A DNA stretch of 64,000 bases, taken from positions 17,020 through 81,019 of the forward strand of contig JBAXPN010000001.1 of assembly GCA_037132255.1 (NCBI GenBank), given 5' to 3'. The DNA comes from Candidatus Falkowbacteria bacterium. Lineage in GTDB: Bacteria > Patescibacteriota > Patescibacteriia > Patescibacteriales > UBA12465. The position numbers were made by a program, and so were the translations under genes. The first letter of the stretch is position 1. The number at the start of each line of letters is the position of its first letter. The notes under the pieces were generated by a model. It was not told where the DNA came from. It saw nothing but the letters and a program-made list of their open reading frames with translations, and ran no database searches. Below, piece after piece: positions 57,683-64,000 of this stretch.

Positions 57683-57711
57683 TTGACTAAAACATCGAAA
57701 AATACTAAGAT
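57683..57711 (+). promoter_or_regulatory. Candidate sigma-70 promoter TTGACT-17-TAAGAT for mreB copy 2
   Basis: -35 box at 57683-57688 and -10 box at 57706-57711. ATG is at 57734. Confidence 0.45.
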
Positions 57712-57733
57712 GAGTTAGTTAAGGTTTTTTATT

Positions 57734-58741
57734 ATGTTTATCAAAAGAATCGGGATTGATCTCGGTACAACTTATACGCTTGTCCACCTGCCGAAACGCG
57801 GGATTGTTATTAATGAGCCAAGTGTTGTTGCGGTTTCAATAGCCGATAAGAAAATTTTAGCGGTTGGAAATGAGGCAAAAGATATGATTGGCCGTACTCC
57901 GGATACTATTTTGGCGGTCAGACCGCTTAAGGATGGGGTAATTGCTGATTATAAAGCGACCGAGGCGATGATTCGTTATTTTATCAATAAAACTTTAGGT
58001 GGTATCCGCTTATTTCGACCAGAGGTTATGGTTGCAGTTCCAGCCGGAATTTCTTCTACTGAACGCCGGGCGGTTATCGAAGCCACAATCGCTGCTGGTG
58101 CTAAAGCCGCTTATATTATTAAAGAGCCGGTAGCGGCTGCGATCGGCGCCGATATTCCAATCGGTTCAGCAACCGGTCATATGGTTATTGATATTGGTGG
58201 CGGAACCGCGGAAATGGCTGTTATTTCTTTGGGTGGTATCGTTGCTTCGACTTCTGTTCGTGTTGGAGGCAATAAATTTGACGCTGCCATTTTAGAATAT
58301 GTACGAAAAAAATATAATTTAGCTATTGGCGAAAGAACGGCTGAAGAAATTAAAATAAATATTGGTTCGGCTCTCTATATGGAGGACAAATTGCATATGG
58401 AAATTCGGGGTCGTGATATCGTTACTGGGCTACCTAGAAGTATTACTGTCTCAAGCGATGATGTAACTGAAGCGATTCAAAATGAATTAGAGGCCATTAT
58501 TTCAGCGGCAAAAAAAGTTTTACAAAAAACACCCCCAGAGTTATCGGCGGATATTATGGACAAGGGGATCGTGCTAACTGGTGGTTCCTCGCTTTTACGA
58601 AATATTGATCAATTAATTTCTCGAACAACTGGTGTCCCAGCCTATGTTGCTGATGACGCGATGCTCTGCGTCGCTAAGGGAACTGGTATTGCATTGGACA
58701 ATTTAGATTCATATAAACGCAGTATTTTGGCGACTAAGTAA
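57734..58741 (+). CDS. mreB: Second MreB/Mbl-type actin homologue (copy 2)
   Basis: [47 protein letters not shown]. By eye, roughly half to 60 percent identical to copy 1. Confidence 0.9.
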   Translation: MFIKRIGIDLGTTYTLVHLPKRGIVINEPSVVAVSIADKKILAVGNEAKDMIGRTPDTILAVRPLKDGVIADYKATEAMIRYFINKTLGGIRLFRPEVMVAVPAGISSTERRAVIEATIAAGAKAAYIIKEPVAAAIGADIPIGSATGHMVIDIGGGTAEMAVISLGGIVASTSVRVGGNKFDAAILEYVRKKYNLAIGERTAEEIKINIGSALYMEDKLHMEIRGRDIVTGLPRSITVSSDDVTEAIQNELEAIISAAKKVLQKTPPELSADIMDKGIVLTGGSSLLRNIDQLISRTTGVPAYVADDAMLCVAKGTGIALDNLDSYKRSILATK

Positions 58742-58744
58742 TTA

Positions 58745-58780
58745 AATTCCGGCTCATTCCCCGGAATTTTATTTTTATTT
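58745..58780 (+). terminator. Strong intrinsic terminator after mreB copy 2
   Basis: AATTCCGG-CTCATTCC-CCGGAATT followed by TTATTTTTATTTT. Confidence 0.8.
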
Positions 58781-58781
58781 T

Positions 58782-59993
58782 ATGATTATTGGTATTGACG
58801 CCTCTCGCGCCAATCGACAACGTAAGACGGGCACAGAGTGGTATTCATTTTATCTTATCCAAAATTTAGCAGTCATCGATAAGACAAATAAATATTGGTT
58901 ATATTTGAATACGCCTCCGACGCCAGAATTAATCGATGCCGTTCATGATAATCCTAATTTCACTTTTAAATATTTAAATTGGCCTTTATATTCATTTTGG
59001 ACCCTGGGCCGTCTCTCGCTCGAAATGCTTTGGAAGCGCCCGGATGTGCTCTTTGTTCCGGCTCATACTTTACCTCTCTTTAGTCCGCGAAAAACTGTTA
59101 ATACTATTCATGATATTGCTTTCGTTCGCGAGCAAAATTTATATTTTTCGGAAAAAGTTAAAACAAAAATCGCGGGTTCGCGCCGTTTGGTTAATTTTTT
59201 AGTTAAACTTATTACTCTTGGTAAATATCGCTCTGATTCCGTTGATTATTTATATTGGTCAACTGCTTTTGCGCTTCGCCATGCCAAAAAAATTATTACT
59301 GTTTCCGAATTTACTAAACAGGAAATTATTAGCTTATATCCTAAGACAAAAATACAGAAGATTGCTGTTGTCCATAACGGCTATAATAATGAATTATTCC
59401 GTCCTCTTAAAGATAGTGATAAAATGCAGATGGTTCTGGATAAATATAATCTCACTCAGCCATTTTTTCTTTATGTCGGACGTTTAGAGAAAAAGAAAAA
59501 TACACCGGCTTTAATTGAAGCTTTATCGCTTGTGCGCGAAAATAATCCCGAAATTAAAGAAAAATTAGTTTTAATCGGTAATGCGGCCTATGGCTTTGAC
59601 GAAGTAAAATATGTTATTGAGGAATTTGATTTAAATAACGATGTTTATATTCCGGGTTGGGTTAGCGAAGAAGATTTGCCTTATATTTATAATGCCGCTA
59701 GCGCCTTTGTTTTCCCAACTAAACATGAAGGTTTCGGTATACCGATTCTTGAGTCATTGGCTTGCGGTCTACCGACGATTGCTTCAAATATTCCTGTTTT
59801 GCGCGAAATTGCCGAGGACGCAGTCTTATATTTTGATCAAAATAATAAGCATTCAATCGCCGAAGCCATGGTTCGGATTGTTAAAGATGAGGCTCTCCGC
59901 AATGATTTAATAGCCAAGGGCTTAATCCAGAGCCAAAAGTTTAGTTGGCGTCGTTGCGCCACTGAAACGCTTAAAGAGATTGAAAATCTCTAG
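58782..59993 (+). CDS. Glycosyltransferase family 4 (GT-B)
   Basis: FPTKHEGFGIPILESLACGLPTIASN (E-x7-E region) and a GRLEKKKN linker. Confidence 0.8.
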   Translation: MIIGIDASRANRQRKTGTEWYSFYLIQNLAVIDKTNKYWLYLNTPPTPELIDAVHDNPNFTFKYLNWPLYSFWTLGRLSLEMLWKRPDVLFVPAHTLPLFSPRKTVNTIHDIAFVREQNLYFSEKVKTKIAGSRRLVNFLVKLITLGKYRSDSVDYLYWSTAFALRHAKKIITVSEFTKQEIISLYPKTKIQKIAVVHNGYNNELFRPLKDSDKMQMVLDKYNLTQPFFLYVGRLEKKKNTPALIEALSLVRENNPEIKEKLVLIGNAAYGFDEVKYVIEEFDLNNDVYIPGWVSEEDLPYIYNAASAFVFPTKHEGFGIPILESLACGLPTIASNIPVLREIAEDAVLYFDQNNKHSIAEAMVRIVKDEALRNDLIAKGLIQSQKFSWRRCATETLKEIENL

Positions 59994-60044
59994 TAAAAAG
60001 TGTCTACAAAAAAACCATTAAATATGTTATTATGAAGATGTTAT

Positions 60045-62072
60045 ATGAAAAAAATAATAACATCTTTTTTTATACTTTTTCTCGTGTTCGCCGAGCCGGT
60101 TTTGGCTAGCATAACGCCTAATGATCCCTTTTATAAGAATCAATGGTATTTAGCAAAAATCCGTGCTGATAGCGCTTGGGGAAAGATTTCCGAGAGTCCT
60201 GACATGGTTATTGCCGTGATTGACTCAGGGATTGATATTAATCACCCTGATATCAGCGATAATATTTGGCATAATGGAAAAGAGATTGCCGGTAATAATA
60301 AAGATGATGACAATAATGGTTTTGCTGACGATACTAATGGTTGGGATTTCGTTTTAAATAATTCTAATCCGACGCCAAAATTCTCCTCTGGCTGGACAGA
60401 AGCGGGAGTTTCTCATGGAACTATGGTTGCCGGTATTATTGCGGCGCGCGGAAATAATAATCAGGGCGTCGCCGGAGTTACTTGGCGGACAAAAATTATG
60501 GCGCTTCGCGTTTTGAATGATAAAGGCGAAGGAAAAATTTCTGATGTGGTGCGAGCGATAGATTATGCGACGAATAATGGAGCGGATATTATTAATTTAA
60601 GTTTTGTTAATTTTAATTATAGTGAAGCAGTCCAAGAAGCGATCAAGCGGGCTCATAGTAATGGCGTGATGATAGTGGCAGCGGCTGGTAATGAGCAAGC
60701 GGCCGGTGAAGGTTACAATATAGACAAGACACCAATTTATCCCGCCTGTTATGATGGGCAATTTGGTGAGAATATGGTGATTGGTGTTGTTGCGACTGAC
60801 GCTCTTGATCAAAAGGCACATTTTTCTAGTTACGGTTTCCATTGTGTCGATATCGCGGCACCGGGGATTAGCTTTTTTAATACGGTTACTCCAGGGAGCG
60901 ATGTTAATAATCCGAATAAGTATTATGACGGTTATTGGTCGGGAACTTCAATGGCGGCGCCACTCGTTTCTGCTTCGCTCGCTTTAATTGCTCAGGCCAA
61001 TCCGGAATTGAGCCGTCGAGAAATTGTTAATATTTTATTTGCTTCGACTGATAATATTAGCCGCCTTAATCCGACTTATCTCGGACAATTGGGCAACGGA
61101 CGTTTAAATTTAAATTCCGCTATTGAAATGGCCAAAGACCGTCTTTATAGTCGTCTGGGTCGTATAATTGTTGTTCCAGCGAGTGGCGCGAAAGAAAGTA
61201 AATTAACTGCGGCCAATGGTGATTTGGTTAAAAATATTAATTGGACGGAAAAAATTGGCTCGAATGTAAGCTTGGCAACGGGCGATGTCAACGGCGACGG
61301 TATTGAAGAAATTATAATTGGCGCTGCGCCCGGCAGTGATCCTAATGTCATGATTTTTAACAAAGACGGCAAGCTCGTGAAAAAATTTCTCGCTTTTGAT
61401 AAAAATTTCCGCGGCGGCATTAATGTCGCAGTCTCAATTTCAAGCAATAATGATCAAGCAGAAATTATTACAGCCCCGGCCTCTCGCGGCACAGCCCAAG
61501 TGAGAATATTTAATAATCAGGGAAAATTGCAGAAACAATTTTTGGCCGGAGACAAAAAATATATCGGCGGTCTTAATATCGCCGTCGGTGATTTAGAGGG
61601 CAAGGGAGAGAACAAAATTGTGGTCGCTTATGCTAGCGGTCAGGAACCACAACTTAAAATTTATAGTCGTGATGGTAAATTAATTGGCGCTTGGCTCGCT
61701 TATGAAAAGAAATTTCGGGGCGGAGTTAAAGTCGCGGTCGCAAATATTAATGGCCGCAAAGATCATGATCGCGCTGAAATTATAGTTTCTCCTGGTAAGG
61801 GGAGAGAGCCACAAGTTAAGATTTTTAATAATTACGGAACTTTGCAAAAGCAATTTCTCGCTTATGGCAAAGCTTGGCAAGGCGGGGTAAATTTAGCCGT
61901 CGGTGATTTGAACAATGACGGCATTAACGAAATTGCGCTTGGCGCCAGTGCCGGGGCAACGCCGCATGTTCGTGTCTTTGATAACGCCGGTACTCTTCTT
62001 GAGTCTTTCTATGCTTGGGAGGCAAGCTGGAGCGGAGGCGTTAATCTTGGTATAATAAGAATAAATAATTAA
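60045..62072 (+). CDS. Secreted subtilisin-like (S8) serine protease fused to C-terminal FG-GAP/VCBS-type repeats
   Basis: Catalytic triad contexts VIDSGID (D), HGTMVAG (H) and GTSMAAP (S). At least five repeats of the GD.NGDG..EI type with FL.A.....GG.N.AV. Confidence 0.85.
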   Translation: MKKIITSFFILFLVFAEPVLASITPNDPFYKNQWYLAKIRADSAWGKISESPDMVIAVIDSGIDINHPDISDNIWHNGKEIAGNNKDDDNNGFADDTNGWDFVLNNSNPTPKFSSGWTEAGVSHGTMVAGIIAARGNNNQGVAGVTWRTKIMALRVLNDKGEGKISDVVRAIDYATNNGADIINLSFVNFNYSEAVQEAIKRAHSNGVMIVAAAGNEQAAGEGYNIDKTPIYPACYDGQFGENMVIGVVATDALDQKAHFSSYGFHCVDIAAPGISFFNTVTPGSDVNNPNKYYDGYWSGTSMAAPLVSASLALIAQANPELSRREIVNILFASTDNISRLNPTYLGQLGNGRLNLNSAIEMAKDRLYSRLGRIIVVPASGAKESKLTAANGDLVKNINWTEKIGSNVSLATGDVNGDGIEEIIIGAAPGSDPNVMIFNKDGKLVKKFLAFDKNFRGGINVAVSISSNNDQAEIITAPASRGTAQVRIFNNQGKLQKQFLAGDKKYIGGLNIAVGDLEGKGENKIVVAYASGQEPQLKIYSRDGKLIGAWLAYEKKFRGGVKVAVANINGRKDHDRAEIIVSPGKGREPQVKIFNNYGTLQKQFLAYGKAWQGGVNLAVGDLNNDGINEIALGASAGATPHVRVFDNAGTLLESFYAWEASWSGGVNLGIIRINN

Positions 62073-62109
62073 ATAGCCGCCTTTGCCTAATGGCAAAGAG
62101 CTCAAACAT

Positions 62110-63129
62110 ATGTCTAAACAAGTAATTTTCGATAAGAAAAATGTACTCGTCGCTGGCGGCGCCGGCTTTATCGGTTCGCATTTATGCGATGAATTAATTA
62201 AAACTTGTAAGGTTATCTGCGTTGATAATTTTATTTCTGGCAGTGAACGTAATATTGACCATCTTCTCGCTAGTCCTGATTTTGCTTTTATTAATCACGA
62301 CTTGAGCAAACCTCTTGATCTTGAAGGACATGAAGATTTAAAGAAATTTAAAATTGAATTTCAAGGTATCCAGGAAATATATAATTTAGCTTGCCCGATG
62401 TCGCCGCGCCGGTTTTTAACTAACCGTTTAGCGACATTACTCGCTAATTCGTTTGCCGTTAAGAATTTGCTCGATATCGCCGTTAAATATGATGCTAAAT
62501 TTTTGCAATTTTCTTCTTCGGTAGTTTACGGTCCGCGTCAGAGCGATAACCCTGAGCTTAAAGTAACTGAAATGGATTTGGGACGAGTCGATAATTTATC
62601 GGAACGTAGCTCGTATGACGAGGGTAAACGTTTCGCGGAAACAATGGTCTCAAATTATCGGTCAATATACAATATTGATACGAAGATAATTCGCTTGTTT
62701 AGAATATATGGTCCAAGAATGGAGCAGAACGACGACCAAATGATTCCTGATTTTATAAATAATGCTTTGGAAAATAAAGAAATCATTATTCCGGGAGGCG
62801 CCAGTTTTTCTTCCTCTTTTTGTTATATTGAAGACGCTTTAGACGCCGTCATGAAAATTATGACAACCGATATTGCTGGACCAATTAATATTGGCTCAGA
62901 TGTCGATGTTAATTTAACAACGCTTGTTAATCTTATAATTTCGGAAATTGGTTCAAGCTCGACTATCAGCTATGTTGATAGCCCAATATTTATTTCAGAA
63001 TTAGCTTTACCTGATATTAGACAAGCAAAAAATAATTTGAATTGGATGCCGGTTGTGACGCTGTCTAACGGTTTGAAAAAAACAATTTTTGATATCCAGG
63101 CAAATAAGCGTTTGCAAGGAATTAATTAA
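62110..63129 (+). CDS. NAD-dependent epimerase/dehydratase, UDP-glucuronate decarboxylase-like
   Basis: VAGGAGFIGSHLCDEL...CVDNFISG and YDEGK (YxxxK). The track start at 62083 precedes a more plausible ATG at 62110. Confidence 0.75.
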   Translation: MSKQVIFDKKNVLVAGGAGFIGSHLCDELIKTCKVICVDNFISGSERNIDHLLASPDFAFINHDLSKPLDLEGHEDLKKFKIEFQGIQEIYNLACPMSPRRFLTNRLATLLANSFAVKNLLDIAVKYDAKFLQFSSSVVYGPRQSDNPELKVTEMDLGRVDNLSERSSYDEGKRFAETMVSNYRSIYNIDTKIIRLFRIYGPRMEQNDDQMIPDFINNALENKEIIIPGGASFSSSFCYIEDALDAVMKIMTTDIAGPINIGSDVDVNLTTLVNLIISEIGSSSTISYVDSPIFISELALPDIRQAKNNLNWMPVVTLSNGLKKTIFDIQANKRLQGIN

Positions 63130-63160
63130 GAATAAAGGATATTCAAATATATAGTTAATT

Positions 63161-63195
63161 AAAAAAAGAGCCCGGATATTCGGGCTCTTTTATTT
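63161..63195. terminator. Bidirectional intrinsic terminator
   Basis: AAAAAAAGAGCCCG-GATATT-CGGGCTCTTTTATTTATT between convergent genes. Confidence 0.8.
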
Positions 63196-63196
63196 A

Positions 63197-64000
63197 TTAT
63201 TTTTTTAAAATATGCTTTTCTAAATCGAGTATGTCGCCAGGCCGGAAGAGCTTATCGTTGCTGTTTATAATTTCCGGTATCCCGCCGATATTCGCGGCTA
63301 GAACTCTGAGCTTGGAATTGTGTGCCTCGTGGATGGTCATAGGCGTGTTCTCATAGCATAAAGACGGAATTACTAGACAATCGCTACTCTCCATTATTTT
63401 TTTAAGCTCTGGTGCTTCAAGGCGACCGCGGAAATCAATTTTGGGATCATTTTTTGCTAATTGTTTCGCTTCGCTCATAAGGCTGCCATCGCCGATGATA
63501 GTTAATCTTAAATCAGCTTTTGTTTCTAGTGCGCTTAGGAAGGCTTTAATTAATAAGAGAATGCCTTTATGGAATTCAATCTGGCCAACGAAGAGAAAAT
63601 TTTGCTTAGATTTTTGTTCGTCTTGTTTAGTTGTTTCTTTCGCTACTTTTTCACCCGAATTAAAATTTTTAATTTCTGTTTCCGAGTCGTGGAAAAAACC
63701 ACGTAGGCGATGTTGACCAAGTAGCCAGAGGGAAGGGGAAATTACTTTTGCCGGTGATTCGAAAAAAGCACGAGTAAATAATTGATAAAATTTTGCTGGC
63801 CACGAGTCGACAATTTTTTCTTTGCCAAGCATCATTAGGCCAGTTGGATAAAGCAACTGAATATCATGTAGGTAATGCTCGTGGTGTATTTTTAATTTTT
63901 TAATTACGCAGGGAAGACGAAAACCAAGACCCATTAAGTTATGGGTAATAATTAGTTCTGGTTTCTCGACTACTAAAATTTTTTTTATTTCCGCAGACCT
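63197..64000 (-). CDS. Glycosyltransferase family 4-like, 5' end beyond the window
   Basis: FVGQIEFHKGILLLIKAF and IPSLCYENTPMTIHEAHNSKLRVLAANIGGIPEII. The reading frame stays open upstream of Met 63934 (…VVEKPELIITHNLMGLG) to the window edge. Confidence 0.7.
   Translation of the reverse strand, partial: RSAEIKKILVVEKPELIITHNLMGLGFRLPCVIKKLKIHHEHYLHDIQLLYPTGLMMLGKEKIVDSWPAKFYQLFTRAFFESPAKVISPSLWLLGQHRLRGFFHDSETEIKNFNSGEKVAKETTKQDEQKSKQNFLFVGQIEFHKGILLLIKAFLSALETKADLRLTIIGDGSLMSEAKQLAKNDPKIDFRGRLEAPELKKIMESSDCLVIPSLCYENTPMTIHEAHNSKLRVLAANIGGIPEIINSNDKLFRPGDILDLEKHILKK

Noticed and set aside
1-64000. Alternative genetic code (UGA as Gly or Trp), as in some candidate phyla.
   Set aside because: TGA terminates well-defined genes, for example 20958-20960 (GT11) and 54389-54391 (mreD). 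All conserved proteins are full-length under the standard code.
1-64000. CRISPR arrays, tRNA/rRNA genes, transposases, integrases and a reverse transcriptase/DGR.
   Set aside because: I saw no regularly spaced direct repeats and no cloverleaf-capable GC-rich segments in the intergenic gaps, which are all 275 bp or shorter. No ORF carries transposase, integrase or RT motifs. The HTH gene at 18551 is Xis-like but has no integrase partner.

Overview
AT-rich, very gene-dense bacterial chromosome segment that reads cleanly under the standard code: TAA, TAG and TGA all terminate conserved genes. Several traits suggest a Patescibacteria/CPR (Parcubacteria-like) genome. These are almost no Shine-Dalgarno motifs, TGnTATAAT extended -10 boxes, an archaeal-type ProRS, a type-2 IleRS, many secreted repeat proteins, and patchy metabolism. 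This placement is inference only; no search could be run. Recognisable content falls into six groups. (1) Housekeeping genes: nrdAB, malic enzyme, ABC-F ATPase, adenylosuccinate-lyase-family gene, holB, frr, rseP, hpf, secA, ileS, U32 peptidase, ruvA, proS. (2) mreBCD plus a second mreB paralog with its own promoter and terminator, preceded by an orphan receiver domain. (3) A ~14 kb surface-glycan locus (18551-32442) in two convergent halves, led by a small excisionase-type HTH gene. It holds a flippase, two GT11 paralogs (one broken by a single in-frame TAG), GT2/GT-A/GT4-like enzymes, WecB, four methyltransferases, a polytopic membrane protein, an FAD oxidoreductase and a priming sugar transferase. 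(4) A small sugar-nucleotide cluster: PfkB kinase, RmlC-like cupin, HIT, RmlB. (5) Several large secreted proteins: a PG-binding/beta-propeller protein, an 878-aa beta-sandwich repeat protein, a BNR propeller, and an S8 protease with FG-GAP repeats. (6) Two blocks of unassignable ORFs, at 31-4716 and 42506-44854. I found no rRNA, tRNA, CRISPR array, transposase or integrase. The best candidates for something undescribed are five. First, the orphan block at the window start, which has an Abi-alpha-like glycine-zipper protein and a 602-aa coiled-coil protein bracketed by two copies of a hairpin with a compensatory stem change. Second, the five-ORF orphan block between secA and ileS. Third, the phased TGACC operator and apparently leaderless HTH gene at the head of the glycan locus. 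Fourth, tandem TACCA-N7-TGGTA palindromes over the nrdAB promoter. Fifth, the receiver-mreB2 unit. All functional calls rest on motif recognition by eye and need HMM or structure searches.
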